Source of the DNA: Candidatus Limnocylindria bacterium
GTDB taxonomy: Bacteria > Chloroflexota > Limnocylindria > P2-11E
Reading direction: 5' to 3'
Length of the DNA: 64,000 nucleotides
NCBI GenBank assembly: GCA_035651155.1
Contig: DASRGG010000021.1
Coordinates: 339,752-403,751, forward strand
The translations under genes were made by a program, and so were the position numbers. The notes under the pieces were generated by a model, which was not told the origin of the DNA, did no database searches, and saw only the letters and a list, made by a program, of their open reading frames with translations. Of the stretch, positions 42,143 to 51,982 are shown piece by piece (position 1 is the first letter of the stretch; each line of letters begins with the position of its first letter).

Positions 42143-44464
42143 TCAGGACCTCGCGCCGAGCGACGCCTGCTCGACCTGCGCGGCGCGCATGCGGACCGGA
42201 AGCGTGAAGCGGAACGTGCTGCCGACGCCCACGGTGCTGTCCACCCAAATGCGCCCGCCGTGCAGCCCGACCAGGCGCTTCGAGATGGCGAGGCCGAGGC
42301 CGGTGCCGCCGTACTTGCGGGTCGTCGAGCTATCGGCCTGCCGGAACTCGTCGAAGATGTACGCGAGCGCGTCCTGCGGGATGCCCACGCCCGTGTCCGT
42401 GACCGCGAGCGTGATCCAGCCGTCGGCCGACGCCGCCGCGATGGTGACGCTGCCGTGCTCGGTGAATTTCACCGCGTTCGCGGCGAGGTTCACGAGGATC
42501 TGCCGGATGCGCGCCCGGTCGGCGAACGCCGCGGGCAGGCCGCGCGGCACGTCCATCTCGAGCGCGAGCCCCTTGCCCTCGGCCTGCGGCCGGACGAGCT
42601 CGATGACCTCTTCGACGACGGCCTGGATGTCGATCTCCTCGGCGTCCAGCTCCATCTTGCCGGCCTCGATCTTCGCCAGGTCGAGCAGGCCGTTGATCAG
42701 CCCGAGGAGGTTGTCGCCGGCCTGCGCGACGCGCTGCAGGTCCGCGACCTGCTGCTCGGTCAGATCGCCATCGAGCCCGTCGAGCATGAGCTTCGTGTAG
42801 CCGATGATCGCGTTCATCGGCGTGCGGAGCTCGTGGCTCACGGACGCGAGGAACTCGCTCTTGAGGCGGTTCGCACGCTCGAGCTGCAGGTTGTTGTCCC
42901 GCAGCTCGGACACCAGGTCGGCGTTCTCCTTCGCCACCGAGACCAGCCGGGCGATGGTCCGCATGGCGCGTGCTTCGGTCTCGCTGATCTCGCGCGGCGC
43001 CTTGAAGTACGCCGACAGGAGGCCCACCGCGCGGCCGCGCGCTGAGAGCGGGATGTGCGCGACGTACGGGAGCGGCGAGCCCTCCACCTGCGCGTGCTGG
43101 ATGCGGTTCGGGTCGTGGGCGCTCGACACGAGCACGCGCGTCGCGGTGGCGACCGCGACGTCCGGCTCGATGTTCATGACCGTCGCCGGCACCAGTCGGC
43201 CACCGGAGCCCAAGGGCGCGCCGGGCGGGTCCTCGCGGATGACGATCGACGCCCCATCCGCCCGGAAGAGAGCCACCATGCGCGAGAGCGACTCCGCGAA
43301 GATGCGCTCGCGATCGGTGACGCCGACGACCGCGTCCGCGACCTCGTTGACCGTGCGTACCTCGGCGAGGTACTCCTGCTGCGCGCGCTCGCGGTCGTGG
43401 AGCGAGCGCGCCATCGTGTCGAAGGCGCGCTCGAGGGTGCCGATCTCGTGGCTCGAGCGCTTCTCGACGGTCACCTGCAGGTCGCCCGACTCGATCCGCT
43501 GCGCCGCCGCGGCGAGGTTCGCGAGGGGCTTCGTCATCGCGGTCGCCGAGCGGTACGCGAAGAAGGTGACGAGGATGATGAGTCCGGCCGCGAGGGCCAC
43601 CATGATCGCGAGCAGCGTGCGCTGCGCGCTCAGCACCGCGCTCGTCGGGACGAGGACCGCCAGGACGCCGGGGTTCTGGTTGAAGTTGCGCATGACGCGG
43701 AAGGTGCCGTAGTAGTCCGTACCGTCGACCGTGACGTTCTGGAAGAGCGTGTCGCGCTCGCCCTTGTCGACGGCGCCGACCGTTGGGAAGATCGCGCCGT
43801 CGATCGCGAGCGCCCTTCCGTCCGGCCCGGTGAACGTCGACCCGCGGACCTTGCCGTTCCAGACGAGCGCGATCTGCGCGTCGCTCTTTGGGTTGATGCT
43901 CTTGAGGAAGTCGTCGCTGAGGATGGAGCCGACCTCCACGACGCCGACGGGATCCTGTTCCGCGCCGCGCACGACGAAGATCGCGCGGATCACCAGACCC
44001 TCGGCCTCGTCGTAGAGGACCCACGACTGCTGCGCGCCGGCCCGCGTGAGCGCGAGGAGCTCGGGCCGGAGCGTCTCTCCCCGCTTCACGTCTTGCGCGC
44101 CCGCGAGGTAGACGCCGTTCGTGTCGGCGACGTTCATGACGTCCACGCCAAGACGAGACTTCTGCGGGATCAGGAAGCTCTGCAGCCCGGCCGTGTCGCG
44201 AGCCTCGGTGAGCTGGCGCGTCGTGGGCAGACCGGCGATGAGCGACGCGGCACGCACCATGAGGGTCGCCTGGTCGTCGATCTGGTTGCGAGCCGTCTGC
44301 GCCACAACGTTCGCCTCGTCCTCGAATTGTTTCCCGACGAGAGCGTTCGATTCGTACGGCGCCACGGCCGCGAGCACGATGAGCGCGACGACGGCGGCGC
44401 CGACCGTGCGTCCGACGAGCGCGCGCAGCAAGCTCGGCGCGAAGAGCTGCGAGATGAGGCGCAT
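42143..44464 (-). CDS. Sensor histidine kinase (periplasmic Cache-like sensor, HAMP, GAF, HisKA, HATPase_c)
   Basis: Two TM helices flank a ~250-aa periplasmic domain. HAMP (PLANLAAAAQRIESGDLQV), GAF-like region, H-box SHELRTPMNAIIGY, G-boxes DTGVGIP and GGTGLGLAISK. Confidence 0.8.
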   Translation of the reverse strand: MRLISQLFAPSLLRALVGRTVGAAVVALIVLAAVAPYESNALVGKQFEDEANVVAQTARNQIDDQATLMVRAASLIAGLPTTRQLTEARDTAGLQSFLIPQKSRLGVDVMNVADTNGVYLAGAQDVKRGETLRPELLALTRAGAQQSWVLYDEAEGLVIRAIFVVRGAEQDPVGVVEVGSILSDDFLKSINPKSDAQIALVWNGKVRGSTFTGPDGRALAIDGAIFPTVGAVDKGERDTLFQNVTVDGTDYYGTFRVMRNFNQNPGVLAVLVPTSAVLSAQRTLLAIMVALAAGLIILVTFFAYRSATAMTKPLANLAAAAQRIESGDLQVTVEKRSSHEIGTLERAFDTMARSLHDRERAQQEYLAEVRTVNEVADAVVGVTDRERIFAESLSRMVALFRADGASIVIREDPPGAPLGSGGRLVPATVMNIEPDVAVATATRVLVSSAHDPNRIQHAQVEGSPLPYVAHIPLSARGRAVGLLSAYFKAPREISETEARAMRTIARLVSVAKENADLVSELRDNNLQLERANRLKSEFLASVSHELRTPMNAIIGYTKLMLDGLDGDLTEQQVADLQRVAQAGDNLLGLINGLLDLAKIEAGKMELDAEEIDIQAVVEEVIELVRPQAEGKGLALEMDVPRGLPAAFADRARIRQILVNLAANAVKFTEHGSVTIAAASADGWITLAVTDTGVGIPQDALAYIFDEFRQADSSTTRKYGGTGLGLAISKRLVGLHGGRIWVDSTVGVGSTFRFTLPVRMRAAQVEQASLGARS

Positions 44465-44475
44465 CGTTATCCGGC

Positions 44476-45321
44476 CTAGAGGCTCGCGAGGACCTTCTGT
44501 CCGTCGGGGCCCTTGACCCAATCGATGAACGCGCGCATCGCCGGCTTCAGCTTCTCCGCGTCCACGTTGTAGACGAAGTACAGCGGACGGCGGATGGGAT
44601 ATGTCCCGTTCGCGAGGTTCTCGCGCGACGCCGCGATGCTGTCGATCGTGAGCAGCCGGACCTCGTTGTTGGTCAGCGTCTGCGCGTTGATCGTCATCAT
44701 GCCGATCGCGTCCTTGAACGACGCGATCGCCTTCTGCGTCTCGTCGATCTGGAAGACCTCGATCGCGTCCTTGGCGTAGACCGGCTTCGCTGTGCCGAAG
44801 AAGTACGCCTCGAAGGCGGAGCGCGTGGCGGACTCGGGCTCGCGCAGCAGCACGCGGATCTTGCCGGGCGTGCCCCCGACGTCCTTCCAGTCCGTGAGCT
44901 GGCCGGAGAAGATCTTGGAGACCTGGTCCTTCGTGAGCGCCTTCACGGCGTTGCCCGCGTTGACGCCCACGCCGGTGCCGGAGGCGCCGATGCTCAGCGT
45001 CTCGACGGTGCCCTTCTCGGCGGCCTTGAGGTCGCGGCTGATGTAGCCGATGTCGACAGAGCCGTCGATCGCGAGCCTCACCCCGGCGTCGGAGCCGACG
45101 TCATCGAACCCCTGCCAGATGACGCCCGGGTGGACCTTCGAGAACCCAGCGGTGAGCGCCTTCACGGCGTCGGTCGCGCCGCCGCCGCCCTTGAGCACGT
45201 AGGTACCGGCGATGGGATCGTCGGTGGGCTTCGCCTGGAGCGGCCCGGCGCCGCCGCAGCTGGCCGCCAGCAGGCCCAGGACCGTACCGCAGACGAACAG
45301 CCGTATGGCGGTTTCCACCAT
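44476..45321 (-). CDS. PstS-like phosphate-binding protein family lipoprotein (PBP superfamily)
   Basis: Lipobox LLAASCGG; type-2 periplasmic binding fold motifs (IGASGTGVGVNAG, SRDLKAAE) as in phosphate-binding PstS homologues. Confidence 0.65.
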   Translation of the reverse strand: MVETAIRLFVCGTVLGLLAASCGGAGPLQAKPTDDPIAGTYVLKGGGGATDAVKALTAGFSKVHPGVIWQGFDDVGSDAGVRLAIDGSVDIGYISRDLKAAEKGTVETLSIGASGTGVGVNAGNAVKALTKDQVSKIFSGQLTDWKDVGGTPGKIRVLLREPESATRSAFEAYFFGTAKPVYAKDAIEVFQIDETQKAIASFKDAIGMMTINAQTLTNNEVRLLTIDSIAASRENLANGTYPIRRPLYFVYNVDAEKLKPAMRAFIDWVKGPDGQKVLASL

Positions 45322-45386
45322 TCGCCTCCCCTGGCACGCGATGAAGTCGCGCCAGTCTTGTCCATCCGGATGTGGCCGCCATCCCC

Positions 45387-45656
45387 CTAACGGGGAGTAG
45401 GCCGCCCTACTCCATTTGGCGGACGCGGCACGGCACGGCCGGTCGCCTTGGAACGCGGGAGCCGCCCCAGGAGGCGCGTCGTGGCGGCCTCGACCGCGGC
45501 CACGGCGGCCTCGAACGCGTCCGCGTTCTTCGCCGAGGGCTCCCGGAAACCGGACACCTTGCGTACGAACTGGCGCGCCGCCGCCCGGATCTCGTCTTCC
45601 GTCGCCGGGACCGGACCGCGCAGGGTGTGGATGCTCCTACACACAGGCAGGAACAT
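45387..45656 (-). CDS. DUF2277-like small protein
   Basis: (V)CRSIHTLRGPVPATEDEIRAAARQFVRKVSGFREPSAKNADAFEAAV matches the remembered MCRxIKTL...EEIRAAALQFVRKVSGF pattern of DUF2277. Start uncertain. Confidence 0.4.
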   Translation of the reverse strand: MFLPVCRSIHTLRGPVPATEDEIRAAARQFVRKVSGFREPSAKNADAFEAAVAAVEAATTRLLGRLPRSKATGRAVPRPPNGVGRPTPR

Positions 45657-45696
45657 ACCGCTTCTTTCGTGAACCTCGGTAGCGCTCCCGGCTGTG

Positions 45697-46698
45697 CTAG
45701 CGCCCATTCGGGCCGTCCGCGGGACGCATCGCGGCGGCGGCCGCGGCCGGCATATTCGGAAGGCGCAGCGTCACGCGGCTGCCCCGGCCGATGGCCACGC
45801 GCTCGACGTCGACGCTCCCGCCCATCGCCTCCACGAGCAGTCGCGCGAGCTGCATGCCGACCCGCAGGTCCGCTCCCCGGATGGAGCGCGTCGCGCCCGC
45901 GGGCATCGCGGCAGACACCGACACGAGCGCCTCGTCCGCTCGCGCGCGTACGTTGATGGAGACGTAGTCGATCGCGCCGGCGTCGCTCACCACGTGCGCG
46001 ATGGTGTTCGCCAGCGCCTGGCGCAGGCGGTCGGGATCGGCCATCACCACGAGGCCGTCGCCCGGGACGGTGACGGGCAACGAGCCGCGGTCGGGCCGCT
46101 CGCGAGAGATCTCGGCGACGAGCTGCGCGATGTCCACGGGGACCGAGCGCAGCGGCAGCCGGCTGGCCTGCGCCCGGCCCAGCGCGACGAAGTCGCGGGT
46201 CAGGAAGAGCAGCGATTCGGCGCGATGCCGCAGCGCGTCGATGGCGCCGGCCTCGAGCGCTCCGCTTGCCTGCGCCTCGTTCAACACGGTCACCATCTCC
46301 TGAGCGGGGACGGGGAGCTCGTGCTCGAGCACGCGCAGGAATTGATCGCGCTCCGCGTCGATCCGCGCCATGCGGCCGCGATCCGTCCTCACGCGATCGA
46401 TGAGCAGCGCGCCGCCGACGAAGATCGCAAGGCGGCTGAGCGCGTTCCACACGATCGGCGCGAGCGCCTGCTCGGGTCGCTGCGCCGCGTCGGCGCCGAA
46501 CCACATCGCGGCGGACGCGACGGCCACGATGAGGCCGGGGCCGAGCCCCAGGCGCCACGCCACAGGGATGATCGGGGTGAAGTAGAAGAAGGCGAAGCCG
46601 TAGTCGGGCCCGGTCACGAAATCGACGAAGCCGATGGCGCCCACCAGGGCGAGGCCGAGGACGAGCCCGCGGACCGTCGAACCGATCATCCGCGGCAT
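45697..46698 (-). CDS. Membrane-bound sensor histidine kinase
   Basis: 3-4 N-terminal TM helices (Fxx-rich, DUF4118-like), H-box LRVLEHELPVP, and C-terminal ATPase region with GxG boxes. Confidence 0.65.
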   Translation of the reverse strand: MPRMIGSTVRGLVLGLALVGAIGFVDFVTGPDYGFAFFYFTPIIPVAWRLGLGPGLIVAVASAAMWFGADAAQRPEQALAPIVWNALSRLAIFVGGALLIDRVRTDRGRMARIDAERDQFLRVLEHELPVPAQEMVTVLNEAQASGALEAGAIDALRHRAESLLFLTRDFVALGRAQASRLPLRSVPVDIAQLVAEISRERPDRGSLPVTVPGDGLVVMADPDRLRQALANTIAHVVSDAGAIDYVSINVRARADEALVSVSAAMPAGATRSIRGADLRVGMQLARLLVEAMGGSVDVERVAIGRGSRVTLRLPNMPAAAAAAMRPADGPNGR

Positions 46699-46743
46699 CG
46701 TGCGGCCCGGGCGGTGCCCGTGGCCATCCCCCGACGGTGGAAC

Positions 46744-47133
46744 CTATCGGGGGGTCCCGGCGTGCGCCCTCGGCTTCAGGTGCTTCCGCAGCATGTCGCG
46801 CATCTGCTCGGGGTAATACGGCTTCGGAAGGAAGTCGTCGCAGCCGGTGCGGAGCGCGCGGTCGCGCTCCGGCGGCGTGGCCGACGCGGAGACCGCCACC
46901 ACCGGCACCCGCTTCCCCCACTCCTCCTCGCGCAGCTTCTTTACGAACCCCCAGCCGTCCAGCTTGGGGATGTGCAGGTCGAGCAGGACGAGATCGGGCC
47001 GGACGGCGCGCGCCACGGCGAGGGCCGTCTCGCCGTCGGCGGTCGTGATCGGCTCGTGCTTCTCGAGCCGGACGATCCGGAGCGCGAGGTCCATGCTCGC
47101 CGGATCGTCCTCGACGATCAGGACGCGCGCCAC
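46744..47133 (-). CDS. Single-domain response regulator (receiver only)
   Basis: (V)ARVLIVEDDPASMDL, Asp in LVLLDLHIPKLDG, T/K motifs (VVAVSAS, FLPKPY). The upstream 95 codons of the track ORF are read-through. Confidence 0.75.
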   Translation of the reverse strand: MARVLIVEDDPASMDLALRIVRLEKHEPITTADGETALAVARAVRPDLVLLDLHIPKLDGWGFVKKLREEEWGKRVPVVAVSASATPPERDRALRTGCDDFLPKPYYPEQMRDMLRKHLKPRAHAGTPR

Positions 47134-47191
47134 TGAGCCCTCATCCCGGGGTAGGGTAGCCGCCGAGCATGCCGTCTGACACCATGTCTGG

Positions 47192-48169
47192 GTGCTCGTC
47201 CTGACCGAAGCCGAGGTCGAGGGTCTCCTCGATACCGATCTGCTCCGCGAGGCCGTCGGGCGCGCGCTCGCCGACCTCTCGGCGGGGCACGCGTCGATGC
47301 CGACCCGGATCGCCGCCCAGGTCGCCGAACGCGACGCCATGCTCGCCGCGATGCCGGCGTACCTGCCCGCGGCGGGTGCGCTCACCACGAAGCTCGTGTC
47401 GCTCTTCCCACGGAACACCGACCGTCCGACGCATCAGGCGGTCATCGTCGCCTTCGATCCGGCGACGGGGACGCCCGCCGCGCTCATCGACGGCGAGTCC
47501 ATCACCGCCGCGCGGACGGCGGCGGCCTCGGCGCTCGCGACCGACCTCCTCGCGCGTCGCGACGCGAAGACGCTCGCGATCGTCGGCACGGGTGTGCAGG
47601 CGCGCGCGCATCTGCGCGCGGTGCGGCGCGTGCGTCCCTTCACGCGCGTCGTCGTCGCGGGGCGCGATCGCGCGAAGGCCGAGCGTCTGGCGCTGCAGGA
47701 GAGCGCGCCAGGCGCGCCGGTCGCCGCGCTCGAGCACGTCGAGCAGGCGGTGCGCGAGGCGGACGTCGTGTGCGCGTGCACGCACGCCGCGGAGCCGGTC
47801 GTCCGTCGCGAGTGGCTGCGCGACGGGACGCACGTGAACTCCGTCGGCTACAACACCGCGGGCCGCGAGGTCGACGAGCGCACCGTCGTCGACGCGCGCG
47901 TCGTCGTCGAATCGCGCGCGGCCGTGCTCGCGCCGCCGCCCGGCGGCTCGAACGACATCGCGTGGCCGATCCGCGACGGGAAGATCACCGCGGCGCACAT
48001 CCACGCCGAGCTCGGCGAGATCGTGAGCGGGGCTCGCCCCGGGCGAGCGAACGACCGCGAGATCACCCTCTACAAGTCCGTCGGCGTCGCCGTCGAAGAC
48101 GCCGCCGCCGCCGCGCTCGTGCTGAAGCTCGCGCGCGAACGCGGCGTCGGTCGAGAGATCGAGATCTAG
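47192..48169 (+). CDS. Ornithine cyclodeaminase / mu-crystallin family protein
   Basis: 325 aa; Rossmann LAIVGTGVQARAHL and family-typical N- and C-terminal motifs. Confidence 0.85.
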   Translation: MLVLTEAEVEGLLDTDLLREAVGRALADLSAGHASMPTRIAAQVAERDAMLAAMPAYLPAAGALTTKLVSLFPRNTDRPTHQAVIVAFDPATGTPAALIDGESITAARTAAASALATDLLARRDAKTLAIVGTGVQARAHLRAVRRVRPFTRVVVAGRDRAKAERLALQESAPGAPVAALEHVEQAVREADVVCACTHAAEPVVRREWLRDGTHVNSVGYNTAGREVDERTVVDARVVVESRAAVLAPPPGGSNDIAWPIRDGKITAAHIHAELGEIVSGARPGRANDREITLYKSVGVAVEDAAAAALVLKLARERGVGREIEI

Positions 48170-48216
48170 GGCGTAGGGGACGAGCGTCGGCGCCGCGAGG
48201 AGCGGGACCGCGAGCG

Positions 48217-50025
48217 TCAGTACTCCGGATCCGGCCCCTTCGCGTTGCGCGGCCCCTCGATGAGCTGCTCGACGCCGCGCTGCTGACCCCGCAATGCGTC
48301 GAGCACGCGCAGCGCGTCGTCGAGCGTGAGACCGGCGCGGAAGTCCGACAGCGCGCCGCGGAGGTCCTCGGGCGGCCGCGCGCCCGGCGGACGGTCGCTC
48401 GTGGGATCCGGCTTCTCGTCGAGCCCGGCGGCCTGCAGGTCGCCGGTGCCGGGGGATGCGCTCGGCGACGCTCCGCTCGCACCCGCGCCGCCGGACGCGC
48501 CCGGCGACGCGCTCGGCCTCCCGCTCCGGCCCGGCTGCTGCTGCGTGCCCCGGCGGCCGTCCAGCAGACGCTGCACGAGCTCGAGGTTGAACTTCGCGTC
48601 GCGATCCGCCGGCTCGAGGCGGAGCGCTTCGCGGTACGCGTCGCGCGCGTCCTCGAGGCGACCGAGCCGGAACAGCGTGTTCCCGCGGTCGTACTGCGCG
48701 ATCGCGCGCACGTCGACGGGCGCGAGATCGATCGCGTGCGCGTACTCCGGGAGCGCGCGGGCGTGCTCGCCGATCATGTGCAGCGCGTTGCCGGCGTCGA
48801 TGGCGAGCGCCGGCGAGTCCGGCTGCGCCGCCTGCAGATCGCGGTACTTCGCGAGCGCGCCCTGATAGTTCCCGGCGGCGAAGAGGCCGCTCGCGTCCTC
48901 GATCGTCGACGCGGCGTCGCCGCACGCGACGGACCAGAGCAGGGTCGACCCGATGGCGACGCCGAGCACCCGCCGTCGGCGCCTCGGCCTTGCGAGGCGC
49001 TCGTGACGCGGGGCGGGCATGCGCCGGCGATCCGAGAGCAGGCGCTCGACGAGCACCGCGGCGACGGCGAAGGCCACGAAGGGCTGCGAGCGCTCGTCGG
49101 GGACAGCGCCGGCGTTCTCGATCGGCTCGATCGCCTCGAGCGTGCGCAGCTGCGCCGCGAGCTCGCCGACGACGGCGTCGTCCCCGGTGTACCGCCAGTA
49201 GCGGCCGCCGGTCGCGCTCGCGAGCCGCCGCAGGCCGGATTCGTCGAGCCTGCTCGTGATCGCGACGCCGTCGGGACCGCGCAGGTATCCGGTGAAGTTG
49301 CCGGTCGCCGCGTCGTAGGTGGGGATCTGCCCGCCTTTCGGCGTCCCGATGCCGATCGTGTAGAGCGTGATCGCACGGTCGGCCAGGGTCCCGGCGTCGG
49401 CAGCGCCGCCGAGGGTCACCTCGCCGTCGGAGAGCACGACGATCGCGCGTCCGCGTCCCGGATCGACGCCGGTCGGGAAGGCCGCGAGCGAGGACGAGAT
49501 CGCTGCCGCGAGCGAGCTGCCCTGCTGGAGCCGCACGCCCTTGCCGGAGTTGTCCAGGACCTCGCCGAGGATGCGCGGATCGGTCGTCGCGGGGTAGCGC
49601 GTCGTCCCCTGCCCGGCGAAGAGCACGAGGGAGACGCGGCTCCCGATCATCCGCCCGCCCAGCTCCTCCGCGAAGTGCCGCGCGGCGCGCAGGCGGTCGG
49701 GCTCGACGTCGCGGGTGGCCATCGACTGCGAGACGTCGACCGCGAGGACGACGTCCACGCCGAGCCTGCGCGCCCCGCGCGCGCGGAGGTCCACGTACGG
49801 TCCGGCGAGCGCGATGACCAGCGACACGAACGCGAGCAGCACGAGAGCGCTCCGCAGCCGCATGCGCGCGTCGCTGCGCGCGGACAGCGCGGCCGTACCC
49901 GCGAACCTCGCGAGCGAGCGAGCGCGCGCGTTCGCCGACAGGACGACGAGCGCGCCGAGCAGCGGCGCGAGCAGCAGCAGCGCGAGGAGCTCCGGACGCG
50001 CGAGGCCGATAGGCGGAAGCGTCAC
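48217..50025 (-). CDS. Fused BatB-like VWA membrane protein plus BatC-like TPR protein (single 602-aa ORF)
   Basis: The VWA/MIDAS region (VVLAVDVSQSM, VVLSDGE), a C-terminal TM (FVAFAVAAVLV), a basic linker ([20 protein letters not shown]), a second TM and TPR repeats (NYQGALAKYRDLQ...AYREALRLEP) are all in one frame with no stop. GTG start overlaps the batA stop. Confidence 0.6.
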   Translation of the reverse strand: MTLPPIGLARPELLALLLLAPLLGALVVLSANARARSLARFAGTAALSARSDARMRLRSALVLLAFVSLVIALAGPYVDLRARGARRLGVDVVLAVDVSQSMATRDVEPDRLRAARHFAEELGGRMIGSRVSLVLFAGQGTTRYPATTDPRILGEVLDNSGKGVRLQQGSSLAAAISSSLAAFPTGVDPGRGRAIVVLSDGEVTLGGAADAGTLADRAITLYTIGIGTPKGGQIPTYDAATGNFTGYLRGPDGVAITSRLDESGLRRLASATGGRYWRYTGDDAVVGELAAQLRTLEAIEPIENAGAVPDERSQPFVAFAVAAVLVERLLSDRRRMPAPRHERLARPRRRRRVLGVAIGSTLLWSVACGDAASTIEDASGLFAAGNYQGALAKYRDLQAAQPDSPALAIDAGNALHMIGEHARALPEYAHAIDLAPVDVRAIAQYDRGNTLFRLGRLEDARDAYREALRLEPADRDAKFNLELVQRLLDGRRGTQQQPGRSGRPSASPGASGGAGASGASPSASPGTGDLQAAGLDEKPDPTSDRPPGARPPEDLRGALSDFRAGLTLDDALRVLDALRGQQRGVEQLIEGPRNAKGPDPEY

Positions 50026-50993
50026 GGCGTCCTCCGAAAGACGGTCGCGCCGAGCATGAGCTCGAGGGCGAGGAGGGCGGCGCCGAGCGCGACGAACGGC
50101 AGCGTCGCGTCGGTACTCTCGACGAAGCCGCGGCTGCCGACGCGCGCCTTCTCGAGCGCGGAGACCTCCGCGTAGATGTTGCGGAGCGCGGCCTCGTCGT
50201 TCGCGCGGTAGTACTGGCCGCCCGCGAGGTTCGCCATCTTCTTCATGAGCGCCTCGTCGACGTCCCCCGCGCCCTTGCCGGTCGGCGCGACGCCGACGGT
50301 GTACACGCGGATGCCGAGCGCCTTCGCCATCTGCGCGGCGTCGAGCGGCTGGATCTCGCCGGTATTGTTCTCGCCGTCGGTCGCCAGGACGACGACCTTC
50401 GAGCGCGACGTGGACGCGCGCAGCGCGTTCAGCGCGGTCGCGAGACCGGTCCCGATCGCGGTGCCGTCCCTCAGGATCTTGCCCGGCTCGACCGGTTGGA
50501 CGAGACGCTGCGCCGCCGCGTAGTCGAGTGTGAGCGGGCTCAGCACCATGCCCTCCGCGCTGAAGATGACGACGCCCGCGCGATCGTTCTTCAGCCCGCC
50601 GAGGAACTCGTGGATGACCTTCTTCGCCGCGTCGATCCTCGTCTCGCCGCTGAAGTCTCGGTTCGTCATCGACGACGAGACGTCGAGCGCGATGACGATG
50701 TCGATGCCCTCGGCCGGAACGTCGAACGCCGCCTGCACCAGCGACGGCGCCGCGAGCGCGGTGACGAGCACGGTCGCGGCGACGACGCGGAGCGGAAGCA
50801 GGAGCCAGCGCAGACGGACCCGCCAGCTCGGCCGCGCCGGCGGGAGGAGCGCGAGCGACGAGAACAGCATGCTCGCGGGCCGCGCGCGCTCGCGCCTGAA
50901 CTCCAGCACGGCCGCGACGAGGACGATCGCGAGCAGCGCGAAGGCCCACGGCGACTCGAAGCTGATGTCGCGCCCGAGGAGACGCGCGCTCAT
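50022..50993 (-). CDS. BatA-like VWA domain membrane protein
   Basis: TM helices plus the VWA MIDAS motif IVIALDVSSSM and TDGENNTG; 323 aa. Confidence 0.75.
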   Translation of the reverse strand: MSARLLGRDISFESPWAFALLAIVLVAAVLEFRRERARPASMLFSSLALLPPARPSWRVRLRWLLLPLRVVAATVLVTALAAPSLVQAAFDVPAEGIDIVIALDVSSSMTNRDFSGETRIDAAKKVIHEFLGGLKNDRAGVVIFSAEGMVLSPLTLDYAAAQRLVQPVEPGKILRDGTAIGTGLATALNALRASTSRSKVVVLATDGENNTGEIQPLDAAQMAKALGIRVYTVGVAPTGKGAGDVDEALMKKMANLAGGQYYRANDEAALRNIYAEVSALEKARVGSRGFVESTDATLPFVALGAALLALELMLGATVFRRTP

Positions 50994-51982
50994 TGCGGCT
51001 GCAGCGCGGCGATCTCGTATTCGTCCGCGCTCGCGGCACGCCGGACCACCTCGAGCGCCGCACGCACCGCGTTCAGCGCGTGCGCGGGGTACGGCGTCGC
51101 GCCGCGGAAGCGGACCTCGTCGCCCTCGCGGAGGATCTCGTAGATCGCGGCGGCCTGCGCGCGCTCCAGGCCGGCCCGCTCGAGCGCGTCGCGCAGCTCG
51201 CGGCTCGTGCGGCCCGGCGCGACGCCGAAGCGCTCGACGGCGTAGCGGCGCAGGCACGCGGTGAGGCGCTCGTAGTGCTCCGCGGTCCGTCCCTGCTCCG
51301 GGAGCCGGAGCGCCGAGAGCTCGTCCAGCGCGCGGAGGGCGCGCTGTGCGGGCGTCAGACGCTCCGCGGGGATGCCGACGCTCCGGCGCCTCAGGAAGAG
51401 CCAGAGCGCGAGCGCGACGACCCCGGCGAGCGCCGCCGCCGAGACGATCCCGATCGCGACGCGCGCCAGCCGCCCCCAGACGGCCTCGGGCACACCGAGC
51501 TGCGGCTTGAGCGGCTTGATGTCCGAGGTGTCCTCGCCCGCGGCGACGACGCTCGTGACCGCGATCGGGATGTCCGCGGTCCGCGCCGTGCCGGCGGCGC
51601 CGTCGGGTCCGAGCCAGGAGACGTCGATGGCCGGGAGCACGAGGTCGCCGACGCGCCACGCGGTGACGACGTACCGGTATGTGAAGCGGATCTGTGAGCC
51701 GCGCGCGGTCTTCTGGCTCGCCTGGGTCTGCACCACCTCGAACTCGCCGAGCTGTCGCGCGATCGTCGGATCGCTCACCGCGTATCCGGGCGCCGCGTCG
51801 ACGAGCACCGACAGGGCGATGCGGTCCCCCACCGTGATGCTCGTGCGGTCGACCGTGGCCGCGGCGTTCACCGGATCGGCCGCGCGTGCGGGCGTGCCGA
51901 CGAGCGAGAGCGACAGCGCGACCGCGAGCGCCAACGCGAGCCGGGGGATCCTCGGGGGGCAGAGCCCCCCGGTGGCTGTCAT
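50990..51982 (-). CDS. Membrane protein of the MoxR/Bat cluster (signal peptide, periplasmic domain, one TM, cytoplasmic tail)
   Basis: Signal peptide LALALAVALSLSLVGTPARA, internal TM AIGIVSAAALAGVVALALWLF; position between the DUF58 and BatA genes with 4-nt overlaps on both sides. Confidence 0.45.
   Translation of the reverse strand: MTATGGLCPPRIPRLALALAVALSLSLVGTPARAADPVNAAATVDRTSITVGDRIALSVLVDAAPGYAVSDPTIARQLGEFEVVQTQASQKTARGSQIRFTYRYVVTAWRVGDLVLPAIDVSWLGPDGAAGTARTADIPIAVTSVVAAGEDTSDIKPLKPQLGVPEAVWGRLARVAIGIVSAAALAGVVALALWLFLRRRSVGIPAERLTPAQRALRALDELSALRLPEQGRTAEHYERLTACLRRYAVERFGVAPGRTSRELRDALERAGLERAQAAAIYEILREGDEVRFRGATPYPAHALNAVRAALEVVRRAASADEYEIAALQPQ

Noticed and set aside
50026-51063. 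Upper part of the 948-aa ORF 48217..51063
   Set aside because: Out-of-frame overlap with the BatA gene. The real BatB-TPR coding region starts at the GTG at about 50025.
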